64,000 nt of DNA from Fimicolochytrium jonesii (taxonomy: Eukaryota): contig NW_026515684.1 in the NCBI RefSeq assembly GCF_025526975.1, positions 124,001-188,000 on the forward strand, read 5' to 3'. Under the pieces are notes generated by a model that had not been told where the DNA came from, searched no databases, and was given only the letters and a program-made list of their open reading frames with translations. Each line of letters begins with the position of its first letter. The first letter of the stretch is position 1. Of the stretch, positions 1-12,894 are shown piece by piece. Made by a program: the position numbers and the translations under genes.

Positions 1-426
1 ATCATCGCCGACATGTGGGATTCGGGCCTTTCGGCGGCGTACGGCACGGGTGGCTTAGCATCGGAGCTTCAAATCGAAGCCACGAAGACAAAATACCGAG
101 TGATCGTTCACGAGGGAGCTGGGAGACAGTGGTGACATGATGACATCACTTTTAGGTGGTGACGGCATTCGAGATTGACAACGAAGGTTTTTACTGTTTC
201 GTTTTGCTTGGCCATGTCGAGATTGATATTATGAGAAACTATACTACAGCGGCACTAAATCGGGCAGTTGTCGTATGTGCAATTCGTCAGGCGGGAGAGG
301 TGGCATGACGGCGCCCGCAGAGGTATTTCCCCACGAGAGCGCGTCACGACCGAGCTTCCCTTCCCAAGACTAAGTTAGAACAAAAGAGGCCCAGCCACCT
401 CCTTCCATTCAGGATTATTCCAAGGA

Positions 427-433
427 TATATAA
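427..433 (+). promoter_or_regulatory. TATA box upstream of the DGK gene
   Basis: TATATAA about 170 nt upstream of the ATG at 598. Confidence 0.45.
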
Positions 434-597
434 GGACGGGGGACACGGACAAGCTTTCCCTCCTCTCAAAGTTTTTGGCACACCACCACCACACCCTCCT
501 TCGTACCACACTGCTCTTGAGAGAGTACGGCAACCAACGCTCAAGCCTCTTCCACTGCCTCCACCGACACCAAATAACATACAAGCAAAATTTAATC

Positions 598-2458
598 ATG
601 GCACCGGCAGTCACCTCTCCAGGAGTAACCCCTACAGCAGTCTCCACCGCGGACAAACGTGTCCACCCAGAATCCGAAATCAAGGAAAATGGGATGTCCC
701 CTGAGGTGAGCGGAATTAGCTATAAGGGCAAATCTCTCTTTCTCAAGAATGCTCAGACTTTTTTCTTTCTATTCCTTCAAAAAGCAAATTGCAACGGAGA
801 AGGAGCTTCAGCATCTCCTGAACATCCCGCCAATCTCTTTGGGTGACAACGCCGAGACCAACTCACGAACCACTCACACCAGACCCGAAGGCGATGACTC
901 GTACCCCGGACCAAAAAGGAACACCTCAGTCAGGGTTGAAGGTGGAAACGGCAAGGAGAGGCCGGCGGATGATGCCGCTGCCATCGTGTCGTCTGAAGGC
1001 GTCGACGGCGAGACCTTGGTTGTTGTTCCCACAGAATATGTCTTCATCTTTTCCAACCCGAAATCCGGCAACCAACAAGGGCTGCCTCTTGTTCAAATGA
1101 ACATCCAACACTACCGAATGCGTGATAACCCGCACGTACAGGTCCAGCTGTATGACTTCCTCGACGAGAAAGACAGATCAGCCGGATTGAAGTACCTCCA
1201 CCTGCTTCTTACAAAACAAAAATCCATCAAGAAATTGCACGTCTGGAGTGCAGGAGGAGATGGGACGTTGATTGGAGTTGTTGAAGGGATGATTCAGATG
1301 GGACTTGATGTCGAACATGACGAACGCATTTTCTTCAGCGTCATTCCATTCGGTACTGGAAATGACCTTTCTCAAGTTCTCGGTTGGGGTCGATACGTGG
1401 CTGGCAGCGATGTGGCCGGAAAACATCTGGAAGGCTTGAATAAGATCGTTCAAGATCGTTTGAACGGCCACGTAACGCTGTTGGACATCTGGGACGTCGA
1501 ATTGGAGACTGCTGAAGGCGGTTGGGTGCGCGAAGCCGGCAAGGAAAAGACCCGCACCGTGAGGCGCAAGATGTCCAACTATTCGTCGATCGGTCTCCAA
1601 GGTCGCGTCGGGCTCGGGTTCGAGGAGAACCGTCGCGGTTCTCGTGTCAAGAACGCCATGGAGTACAGTCGACAGTCACTCGGTGTCTTGGTACACGGTG
1701 CACCCCCAATCACCAACTGCGTTAAGGCGCTTGTAGCTGCAGGCGATCGCTTCGAGCTCGACGGCAACAAGAAGCTGCGTGTGACGCACGAACCCATCGA
1801 GATGGTCATCCAAAACATCCCAGGGATGTGGGGACGACACGTCGATCTGTGGGGAGTGGCTGAAATGTCCAGATCCATCGTCCGCGAACAGAAAGGCGCC
1901 ACCGACATTTCCAATTGGACGCCTCACTGCGCATATGACGGCAAACTGGAAGTCTTCGGTATCGGTTCCTTACGGTCGTACTTCCGCAAGCAGTTCTCGT
2001 TCGGCCGAAAACATCTTCAACGGGTTGGTCAAATGCCATCGCCTTTCAGCATCGAGTTCATCCCCGAATCCACCTTCCACGCCATGATTGACGGCGAGTT
2101 TTACGAAACCTACAACGCCACCAATATCACATACAAACGCATCCTGCAGATCAAGCTGATTGGGAGTGACCCAGAACACAGCCGCCTCGTCAGCGATCTT
2201 CTGAAGAAGAAGTCGGAGTTGCCAGGGCCTACAGGCGAAGGCCGTGAACCAGGGGTTGACTTTGTCGTTGGAAAGACCGAGTACGCCGAAGAGACACCTC
2301 ACGACAGGCTCGAGCGACGAATGAGCGACGAGCTGGTGGGGCAGAGGAGCCGGGAGGGAACACCGAAGGAAGGGCATTCCCGGGCGGAAACGCAAACGAA
2401 AAGTGCGGGCGAACCAAAAGTACCGGAGGATGTTGATGTTCCGGATGCAGCTCGTTAG
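598..2458 (+). CDS. ATP-dependent diacylglycerol kinase (DAGK catalytic + accessory domains), 2 exons
   Basis: Motifs SAGGDGT, IPFGTGNDLSQVLGWG, DGKLEVFG and IDGE. Exon 1 is 598-705 (ATG..GAG|GTGAG), with a phase-0 intron 706-784 joining in frame to ORF 749-2458. Confidence 0.85.
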
Positions 2459-3108
2459 GCGGATCTAGATTTTTGTGGAAGAACCTCATATCCTTACACC
2501 GTGTATATGCTCCACATACATAAGATACAATATCCTTCTACTCTTTGCCTTCTTCCCTTTTCTTCTGTAACTGTAGTCACTTTAATATTTGATATTACCT
2601 TTTTTGAACAAAATTGTCCTTGAAGAATAGAAACTCACAGACCAGTTATTTTGACGGCTTTTCGACGGATTTGCCCGCATTGCCTCAATCAGCTCGTCAT
2701 GCGGTAAATAGCTTCTCGTTCGCGACAGTAGCGACTGCACATCATAAGAGGAACAGCATTGAAATGAAGACGCAGTTTCACGGTACTATTTGCGCTACGC
2801 ATATGCTTTACGATGCTTCATGGGTCTCTTGATTGTTGGCCAAGTCTCTCCCATCCTGGATTTGCAGGCAGGATCGCATGTAAAGATTCGAGATTAATAT
2901 GCGGGCACGTGATCCACGCATGTCAATGACAGCCTTCCCGCGTTCCCCAGTATGAAGTGTGGTGAATTCTGCGGATCGCACCAACGTTTTCTCATCCCGC
3001 CAGGCTTACTACGGTACAGTACTGCAATCACCGACTTTCTCGTCAAAGTAAAGCTGCGTATTGGGTCCGCGCACCTTCTCATTGAATAGCTTGGAAGACG
3101 GCATACAG

Positions 3109-3117
3109 TATATATAA
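3109..3117 (+). promoter_or_regulatory. TATA box upstream of the RMD1-like gene
   Basis: TATATATAA about 130 nt upstream of the ATG at 3248. Confidence 0.45.
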
Positions 3118-3247
3118 CCCTTCCGCGCAGCTCACTCAATTTCGGCGTAATTATCAGCTGTGAGAACCTCTCTGCGTTCCAACTGTGACCGTTATACCAA
3201 CATTCGTCGCATACTACGTTCGACCTGCGCGATAGCCTCCTCTCATC

Positions 3248-5457
3248 ATGGCCTCCCTCACTGCCAACAATAAGCGGAATACCAAAGTTCCTCACCACAG
3301 TAGTAGCAGTATAAACGAGGAAACCCAACCGTTGCTCCCCGCGCCCGTTACTTCGTCTCTGAGCGCCTCCAACCCGAATTTGAACTCGCAACCGTCGAAT
3401 ACGGCAACTACTGCACCTCAGGGGAAAGGCCCAAAGCAGCCAAAACGGTGAGCTTCTAGAGTTGGTGGGGTTGGCGCGATGCACGTGGTGATCAGAGATC
3501 TCTAACTTTTCCTTTATAGTACAACAAAGACCTCACAAAAGCTTACATTATTCCCGGCGGATGTGCCCGCTGCGACGGATGAGAACCAGGCAGATCTAGA
3601 TGTAGAGCCCGACACGTTACCCCAGCTTCCGCACGTTACTGCGAAGAAGCAGAAGGAAAGATGGTTGAGTCGACTGGAGAAGAAATGGCTTCCGAGAGTC
3701 ACGGCTTACTGTACCGCAAAGTGAGGGCCCTTCTACTTCGTAGCCGGAAAGCTCCGTCAACACGTAGCACGTGAGACTGACATGGGCCGTTTACAGTTCC
3801 TACAAGATGGACCCCTTAATGGACTTCCTGAAGAGCAGATCTACGAGGAATAAGACATCGCCCAAGAAGTTTGACGAAGGTACCGTCGTAAGGCATCGTA
3901 GCAGACTTTATAGACCTGAACTAAACCCAATTTCGCTTGCGCAAAGCCATCCACACTCCATATCTCGGCATACCCGCAACCAACGGAACTTTGGACCCTT
4001 TGATTGTTCCAGATCTGATAAATCTGGTTCCGGAGGAACTCATGTCGCCAACAGAGGACGGTGTTCGCCCTAACGCCTCGTTACATAACATCGACTCCTT
4101 CTTCGAGCAAAACATCGATGCAGCGGGAAGGAGTCTGCCCAGTACCATCGCCTACGATGATTTGGCCAAACGCATTGCACCGATCGGCGAATGCTTGTTC
4201 TTTGCATATGGAGTGGTGGTGATGTGGGGATTATCAGAAGAGGAGGAGCGTATGGTGCTCAAGGAGTTGGAACCCTTTGAGGAAGAGAAGCTGGGTATGT
4301 TGCTCATGATGGTGCTCCTTGACCCCGAGACGATGTCTCATAGTATTTTTGGATTAGCTCCAGATGATGTCGAGATCGAAGAGTTTGTTTTCCACTATAA
4401 CGGTGAGTACGCATCACACCGGGGCCTCGCGTTTGAACAGGACGCTTACTCCTGATATCCTAGCCTTCTATCAACCGCGTATCTACAACGATATCATCAC
4501 TCTGAAGGTCGGGATTCATTTGTACGTCGATGATCTTTCAGCTCAGTTGTCTCACCATCTCCCGCATGTGCCATCAGAATCCAGCAAATTACATGATCAA
4601 GTTGACAATCTCACACGCCATCGCTCAGTCAGTAAAGCTGGCTTTATTCGAAGGGCTCATTGAGGAGACTATCGAGAGCACGAAGCACGTCCCTCAGATT
4701 TTGGCAGAGACTGGAAAGATTCATATGACAAGGTTAGTGGGCTTCCATGCCGAATCGAAGCTTCCACATGCTGACTTGTTGGATCGCAGGAAATCCGTCA
4801 ACAAGAAGATTGGGCAACTTTTCATCATGCGAATCAACGTGAATTTGGTCTCGAATGTTTTGGGTGAGTGGGATGGGTGGCTCGGGACTCTCCCAAACTC
4901 GTGCACTTTACTGATCGCTTTTGTAACAGATGTTCCGGAGATTTTCTGGTAAGGCGGAACTGAGCATATGTGACTCTGACCCTCAGACGGACTGACGCTC
5001 TTGGAATTGCAGGAGTGAACCGGCTTTAGAACCTTTGTACATGGCTATTCGGGGATATCTGGAGATCACACAAAGGTAAAGGATCTCATGTCTCTGATAA
5101 GGACCCAATCAGCGAACTAATGTCGGACCCATTTCTTTGCAGAGTTGATCTCTTAAATCAACGTGTGTCCGTCATTTCGGATCTGCTGGATATGTTGAAA
5201 GAGCATCAGACAAGCTCACATGGAGAACAGCTGGAATGGATTGTGATCATTCTGATCGGTATGTGACAGCAAGGCGACCTGTATTGTTGGTAGCAGCAGT
5301 AGCGTTAGCTGCCTCTTGATCTTAACCCTCATTGCTTTCCGTCTATCCCTCGCGACCAGCCTTCGAGATCGTCATCGGCATAGTCACGATATCCTTCGAC
5401 CTTTCAAGTTACCTTAAACGACCTGACGGATTAGCCGACCGAACATTAATGAATTGA
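3248..5457 (+). CDS. RMD1: RMD1 / Sad1-interacting factor family (DUF155) protein, multi-exon
   Basis: Spliced pieces LPRVTAYCTA, ECLFFAYGVVVMWGLSEEEE, YQPRIYNDIITL, KLTISHAIAQSVKLALFE, IGQLFIMRINVNL, RGYLEI..RV.LLNQR and HGEQLEWIVIILI. The last exon ends at TGA 5455-5457. Confidence 0.9.
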
Positions 5458-5473
5458 TAGTGAAACATAGGAT

Positions 5474-6103
5474 ATCCGCACCCGCTGTGGAGTTCCGTAG
5501 ATGACTAGCTGCCGTGTAGCGGAGATCCTCAAACCATGCGGCAACCTCAATGGGAATATATATCGGTGCGGGTTCATGGCTGTGGATTGTGTATAGTCCA
5601 AACATGAACATCAAAAATTCGAATCCCTGTGGTGCAATGTAATGATGTGATAATGGCTTGTCGATGGGCAGGCTCGACACCAACACGTTCGTAGACGACC
5701 ACCGACAAACACTCTGCACTTGTCCTATCGCCCCAGGGTAACGTTTTGTGCACATCGATAATCCTCTCAGGGCTCCCGGTCGTTAACGTCCCAATTCCCA
5801 CATCCAAGAGGAATTGCAACAAGTACGTGGGGATATTGAGTGACATTATTCGTCATTCATATATTTCCGCCTTGTGTCTACCTCAATGAAGAGAGTAGCT
5901 ACCGGGTTCACGGTCACGTCGCCTCGATAGAGGATGCCCAGGCTGCCCAGCTAACCAACAATCCCGCCCACCCGATGAGGTTTCGATAGCCCCAAAAGGG
6001 TGCATCTCCAACCTCACCGAGCATAGCTTTCAACAATCATGTCGACACGAACGAAGGGAAGTCGGGGTGAAGGGGGGATAATCGGATACCTAGACAAGGT
6101 GGA
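5474..6103 (-). ncRNA. Candidate structured non-coding RNA, family unassigned
   Basis: Several long stems in an interval with no recognisable ORF: 5971-6021, 5784-5848, 5474-5573, and long-range pairing of 5866-5880 with 6091-6103. G-U pairs in the first two favour the minus strand. A TATA-like TATAGTATAG lies at about 6157-6166 on minus. Confidence 0.35.
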
Positions 6104-6641
6104 GCTGGAATTGACTGCTGGAGAGAAATCCAGAGAAGACCTGCGAGGAACGGTGGCTATACTATACACGTCTGGGAGGGGAGGGCGAAGACGGCGGATG
6201 TAAGTGCGGAAAGCGAGGCGAGGAGGGTGCCTTCCTATGCCAGACTGCCAGTCCCTGGTTTTGCACGCGTTTCATCGGCACGCGTAAGCTTACTCACCGG
6301 ACATGACCAGAATCACCACAAGACATGAACGATTATGACAGTGTCTTCCAACAGAGCCATCCAAGCAAGGTGGAATGAATTACTCAGGTACATACCAGCA
6401 AACGTTGGAGGGAACCTTCACGTTGGACCGTTAAGCCAAATTGTTGTTCCCAAAACCAAAAACAAAAGGAGGCTAGCTACGAGACTAAGTAGTAAGAACT
6501 GGGGGATGGGGGTGAATTACGATGATGCGGTGGAATTTTTACCGTTCAGTGTGGCAGAAAAGAAACTATGGTGTGGTTTTGGCTAGGTAACTATAAAGGA
6601 TGTGCCGGATTATTTACAAGGGGCTTCTTCATAATGGGATC

Positions 6642-7488
6642 TCAGTATAGATCTCGATTGAAGTTTGGGTCTGTGAGGTGTGTGTAAGTGCGAAGACTCG
6701 GTGGAGGAAATCGATCGATCCTTACCTTGGATGAAAGGCTGAAGGATTTTCGAACCTGTTTGGAGAAGCGGATGCCCAGCAACTCTGCAGAGAAACAAAC
6801 TTGTTAATCCCAGATCTCCCAGCACGCCACGGCGCGAACTATGTCTCCATCCCATCCCGGTAGGGACCTGCTCACATTTGCAAAAACCTTTCCAATGCCA
6901 CCCGCCTCTGCTCGACCACCTCATCGGAGTATCTGTTGTTGAAGTACACCTTTGGCGGCAAGCTGGGGATGTTGACTCGTGTAGACTCTCGCTCCAATGC
7001 ATCGCGAAACCATTCAAAGTCGCTGAACCTCCGCCTCACTACTGAATTTGTCTTCTTGAAAGCCGGTATATTCGTCTGTGGGTTGTTCCAATTAGTAAAT
7101 GGATCTGGGGACGGTGGCCAAGACGTAACATACATCGCAGACGATTTCATAATCAACATATTTTCCCCGACCATCTCCGTGGAATTGAGGATTGCGTACT
7201 TCTATTTCAAGGAAGTTTTCTGGTACGCCATACCGGTCTGCGGCTGTCTAAAGGGAGCGAAGAAGGTAGGGTGAGGAGAAGGGTTCGAAGCACTACCCGA
7301 AAGCACATCGGGCTACATAAGGAAGTAGGCAGAGACTAAAGCTCATACCTGCTCGCGGAAGTCGGGCCTAGAATCTGGTTCAGGAAGGATAGGCGCTTGG
7401 TTAGCACTGGTAGGAACACGAAGGTTTGCACCGCATTCCACTGCTTACCGTGCGCCCTAATGAAAGGGTTGACGCTGCTACTTGACAT
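6642..7488 (-). CDS. SNX3: Sorting nexin-3 (PX domain), multi-exon
   Basis: [57 protein letters not shown] and a final exon [12 protein letters not shown] at 7488. Confidence 0.92.
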
Positions 7489-7765
7489 TTTTGCTTCTAA
7501 GGCCTATCTACTCTGAATCTTTGGAAGATAACAAGAAGGCAAAGGTTCCGGCAGCTGTTTGAGTTGGGGGAGGACACTTTGTTGCGCTGTGCAATGCGGG
7601 GTATGGTTTGTGATGGGAGGTTGTGGGTCATGGAAAGGAAAGGGAAGACGCTGGAGAAGACGCCCTGAATAGCCTGAATTTGAGGCGTTTGAGGAGTTCG
7701 CGTGTTACTGCTTTTCTGTTACAACCTGCCCAACGTCTCCTTTGATTTGCTCCCCAGACTTTGCG

Positions 7766-8386
7766 ATGCCGGCTGGCCAGGAAAAGGTTGGAGGCATACC
7801 CAAAGGATGGCCAACCACCGTGGAATACCTTCGCCAGAATCGCTGGGCGAGAGGTGTACCGGCCAGCGTCAAAGCCCATTACCTGCCCTCAGGTTGGCCC
7901 TTACAGAAGGCAGCTAATCCCTTCGATCCGGTGACCCCGGCCCGGTTCGTCGAGAAAGACGTCGGCGACCTGCGCTCCCGTGGGTCGTGCGTCACGGTCA
8001 AAAAGATAATGAGTGCGTCTCACCCAGCGCACGGGCAAAACGGACTGTTTGCGTCCGCAAAGCTGGAACCACGCCAACATGTGTGTGATTATATAGGGGA
8101 GCTGCACGCAGCCGACACCGCTTCGACCACGAGTGACTATATCCTTTCCTTTGACCGGTACACAGGCCTTAGTGTCGATGCGGAGAAGGCAGGTGGAGTA
8201 GGACGGTTCATAAACGATTTCCGAGGAGTGGCGACCAGGCCGAACGTGGAATTCGAGACTTATCGGGATGCCAAAACGGGCGAAGTGAGGATGGGAGTAT
8301 GGGTGCTGGGAAAATCCATCAAAAAGGGTGAAGAACTCTGCATCTCGTACGGAAAGGGATGGTGGCTGGACCGAGGTCTCATTTGA
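7766..8386 (+). CDS. Small intronless SET-domain protein (putative lysine methyltransferase)
   Basis: GQNGLFA, YIGE, GRFINDFRG..PNVEF and IKKGEELCISYG are SET signature motifs. Confidence 0.85.
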   Translation: MPAGQEKVGGIPKGWPTTVEYLRQNRWARGVPASVKAHYLPSGWPLQKAANPFDPVTPARFVEKDVGDLRSRGSCVTVKKIMSASHPAHGQNGLFASAKLEPRQHVCDYIGELHAADTASTTSDYILSFDRYTGLSVDAEKAGGVGRFINDFRGVATRPNVEFETYRDAKTGEVRMGVWVLGKSIKKGEELCISYGKGWWLDRGLI

Positions 8387-8530
8387 AGAAAGGCGGTGAC
8401 TGTCCTGATTGGATATTTTTGGATCATCGAACGATGGCGAGATACATCGGAACAATTAAAGAGTACTTCACGATGTGTGTTGGTATGTAATGTTTATGCG
8501 ATAGCAATCGTCTTTGTAATACAAGTGTTC

Positions 8531-11500
8531 TCATCCACGTGGCTTTCTGCGGGTAGTGTCATACAGTCTAATCAAAGCAGCCTGTCCGCTGTCGCTCTGC
8601 GAAAAGGCAAAGCCACGATTGCGCTTGATACGTTGGAACTGACGCACTTTTGTGACGGCTTTGCGGAAGTATTCCATGCGTGGGCGGTAGTCGGGAATGT
8701 TGTACTTCTGGATCTCCTGCACAATGTGGTAGGATCGAGGCAGGGCTTGGCGTTTGAAACTAGAAGGTAGACAGTAAATGATCAGAATGAGATTGTCACG
8801 TAGAGCTCATCAGAAATGACTGGTGCTCACTATTTCCAAACAAAGTCCCTAAAGTTAACCGTTAATGGTATCAAAAGAATCGAATACCAGAACGCCGGTG
8901 CTTGCATCATGTAGTCGATCATGTGTTGTCCCAACTCCATTTTGGCAAGTCCGATGGCAGGAGCAACCACAGCGTAAATGGGGAACAAAAAGAACCACAT
9001 CCCAATGCTGCCCCAGATCGCAATGTGCGTGAATCGGTTCCAAGTCGAACACGTCAAAGCGGCCTTGAGCGTGATGGTAATCAGATCCATCGTGTAAAGC
9101 GTCTCTCCGAAGATCCAGATGTTCGCCGTATATCCGGTATTGCCCAGCATAGCGCCTTCACCGTACACGGAGTGCATCATGGTGTACAGCAGAAGAGAAT
9201 GGAAGAAGGAATTGAGGATCCATGCCCAGAACGCGCTGTGATTGTAGAACTCGCCGGTTTGGCCTAGGCGATAGAGTTGTGGGTACCGCTCTAGGTTTCG
9301 GCTGAAGATGTATTGATCGAAGATTCCGATCGCGATGGGTTGGAAGACCGCGAAAAGGATGTTGTAGGCGGCCTGCGTCCATGTTTCGAAGAGGGTCTTT
9401 CATGTAGGAGAAACGAATCAGGCTTCCTGATCAAACCAGTAGCAGGAATAGCACGCCGCCACCAACTCACCTGGCCAGAGTACCCATTGTCGCTCGCAAA
9501 CCACAGCTGAATGAGGTACAGCGTGATGTTCTTGTAGAAACTGTAAAGGACCAGTTTACTCATCCTCGCATATGCCCACTGTCCATGCACCAGCAGAAGT
9601 TTTCTCAGGAATCTGAACTGAGCAATAGCGAAGTCAGCCGCGCGAGCCGCTTGCAATCCCTCCATCCCTGAGATGCCAACTCCGACGTGGGCCGCCTGAA
9701 TCATGGAGACATCGTTGGCGCCGTCACCGATGGCGAGAGTTACGCACTCCGCAACATTCTTTTTGACTAGTTTCACAACCAGCGCCTTCTGAAGTGGTGA
9801 TACACGACAGCAGATAACGGCACGACACATGGTGGCGAGCTGCAGGAAGATCATTTTGATGTCGTCCTCGAGAGCGTACCCGAGGGTCTTGCCGTCGATG
9901 ACAAGGGCTAACGGCTGGGGAGGGAAACGTGTGAGCTGGGTGGTGGAACCGTAAATGATACCTGCTCTGGCTCACCTCTGTCTCCGGCAAAGCATCCTTG
10001 TTGATCTTGGGCCCCTTCTTCTCGAAGCCAAACATCTCATATCCTCGTTTGACATAGCCCCCAAAGCCGTACTCTTTGATCAGATCCTGCTCCAAGGTAG
10101 TCGCAGGATTGCCGGAGGCACCTTCATTTTGCCCAATAGCACCTCTGACCGCATTTAGCTTCGAGAGCAAGTACTCCTTCGTCTCGAAATGCGTGCCTTG
10201 GTTACAGACAATCAAGCTCATCTCCTCCGTGATTAATTTACATGAGTATCCGATATTGATAGCCGTCTCCTGACGATCTCCCGTCAACACCCACAGCTTG
10301 ATGTTGGCTTGTGCGAGCGTGTGGATCGCTTCTGGAACGCCATCCTGCAATTTGTCCTCAATCGCAGTAGCACCGAGCAAGAACAAATCCTTCTCAATGA
10401 GCTCGGCGGCTTTATCGAGAGCCTCACTACGGTTGTTGATGGTCGTCGCGGCCGCATTGTAGATCTTGGCCCACTCCATGTACTCGTGCTCCGAGACATC
10501 CCGATAGGCGATACATAGCGTACGAAGCCCCTCGTTCGCATAATCCTCGAGATGCGCACAAGTAACGTCCACATACGGGTTGTTCGGCCCCAGTCGCTCG
10601 AGAATGACAGTGTCGGCACCCTTGACGTACAGCTTGATGTGCCCATCAGGCCCGCGAACGACCGCACTCATCCGCTTTCGGGTCGAATTGAACTCGCAGA
10701 TGTTGAGCACCTCGTACTCGTAAGCCTGCCCATTATGCGTGTACGTCACCGACCGCGGCTTCCGAGTTGTGAACGCCCATCCAAGCAACTCAGCACCCTT
10801 CACCAGGGCGCCCTCATCCGGAGACGATGCCTGGAAGGTCACAACTCCCGTATCCTCGTTCATCTCCGGGATAACCGTATGACAAACCGCCAACAACCTG
10901 CAAAACTCTTGAATGACCTGTGCAGACTGATGAGACTGCTCGTTCCGCTTCAGTTTCACGAAATCATGGAAGCCGACTTCTTTGCCTGTCTCGTCCACCC
11001 GCACTTTCTTGTCGTCGGGGACAACCTCCGCGTACCCGATGCCGGCGATGGTGCACATGCGGAACTCCATCACGTTGCATGTTAGGGTGCCTGTTTTGTC
11101 GGAGAAGATGTAGTCGACTTGGCCGAGCTCTTCGATGAGGGAGGAAGTACGTGCCATTGCCGGAGTGTCGGACTCTTCGTGGTAGAGGTCGAGATCTTGG
11201 TTAATCAGGGCGCAGAGGAAGTATTTTGCCAATTCCATCGTCACAATCAAGCTACACAATGAAGAAACGATCAGAAGAAGCTGATTCCACGACAGTAAGG
11301 GGTCCCACCTTACCTGAGTGGAATCAAATTGTTGAACAGAATGATGTATGTCAAGATGTTTCCGGGAAATCTTGCGAACGCAGTCGACGAGTCGAACCTC
11401 ACAATATGCTCTTCGAATGGGTTGTTAAGCTGATGCGGGACAGTCAGATTGAAAAGCGCCTACCACATTTCCAGGAAATGGCGGCTGAGAGCCTACCTGG

Positions 11501-12466
11501 CGATGCAGAGCTCCCATTGCACTGATGACGGCCAAGGACACCAAAATGACAAACAAGAAGGTGATCTCGGTATTGACCAACCGCTCCACTTTTGTCTTCT
11601 TCGTCGGGGTCTTTGTTGCATTCTTCATCAACTTTGTCTCGTGGCCAGTAAACACAGCGACCCCATAAATCCACCGTGTGTTCCGCAACATGGCTCCACG
11701 AAGCAACAGTTGCGCCGGATCCAACGCCATCTCCTTATGCCCCAACCTGAGCGTCCCCTCATAGGTATACAAAGAGTTGTTAGGCAACTCCGACTTGATA
11801 ACCCCATCCATCCTCGCAACCTCCTCGGGCGTCAAAATCTCCGCCGTCTCCGGGATCCCCTGCCTAATCTTCAAATTCGTCTCCCCGTCCAAATTGCTCG
11901 TCTCGATGTAGCACAATGCATCGGGCTCGGATGAACTGAGCAATATGAGATCCGCGGGGAAGAACTCCCCGTTCTCGACGCGGATAATGTCGCCTACGAC
12001 GATGTGGCGCCATTGCTTGGGCACGAATTGGGTGCCGGAGAGGACTTTGGCGTGGCGGGTGTTGGTTGCGCCGTCTTGGGCGTGGCGGCGGAAGTCTTCG
12101 AGGATTTCTTTGGCGGCCGAGGCGAGGAGGACGATGGAGAGGGGAATTACGGTGCCGTATTTGTTTGTAGGGGACAAATCGCCGATTTGCTATATTTGCG
12201 AGAGCCCAAGAAATGTCAGAATGGACGAACAATATCGAACATCATATCTAGAGGCTTACCTGAATGATAGCGGTGAACAAGAAAAACAAGTTGGCATACT
12301 TGCTAAACTGCTCAAACAGAAACTTGGGCACGAAAGTGGCGACATTGTACTTCGAGGTGCTGATGCTATTATGCAGATACTTCTGCGTCGAGTTCCTGGT
12401 CGGGTCGTTCAGGTATATGTGCCGGTCGACGGCAAGATCCTCCTGTTCGTTGTTGCCCAGCAGCAT
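8531..12466 (-). CDS. DRS2: P4-ATPase phospholipid flippase, Drs2/ATP8A type, multi-exon
   Basis: [70 protein letters not shown] and the C-terminal regulatory GFAFS motif. The start codon is uncertain. Confidence 0.95.
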
Positions 12467-12894
12467 GTTGATGGGTGCTCACTGGCGTGGTCTACACCGT
12501 TTCTGGCTGTGAGTTCCCTCGAGACGCTCGAGGTGCAGTCGAAGCACTCGAGAAGCTGGATGAATCCCGCGACAACGCCATCCTTGTTCGCCCCACTCAA
12601 AATAAGGTTTCGCTTAGTTGCGAGCATGCCGTCAATAGGCTTCTCCCGTTAATCTCCGCGCATTAGGTAAGCCAGCAGGCAACGACACATTGGATTACGG
12701 TCACTATCTGCTCAAATGAATGCAACGCATGGCCCGTCCCATAAAGTTGAGAGGAATCTCATATCAACTTCGTTTGGAATTCGCAACTCATCATAGAAAC
12801 ATTGGTCGAAGAGGTATTGTATTATGATTTCAAATGAGAGAGATGGGGCAAAACACTCGGGGGTTAGCCTATAACATGACGGGAGAGCTTTCGT

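Noticed and set aside
5500..5552. SECIS-like ATGA-stem in the RMD1 3' region
   Set aside because: The 3' strand lacks the GA of the non-Watson-Crick quartet, and no upstream gene needs an in-frame UGA.
5530..5560. U17/snR30 m1-like (ATATTCCCA) and m2-like (AAACCAT) motifs
   Set aside because: They lie on opposite strands, so they cannot belong to one U17 RNA.
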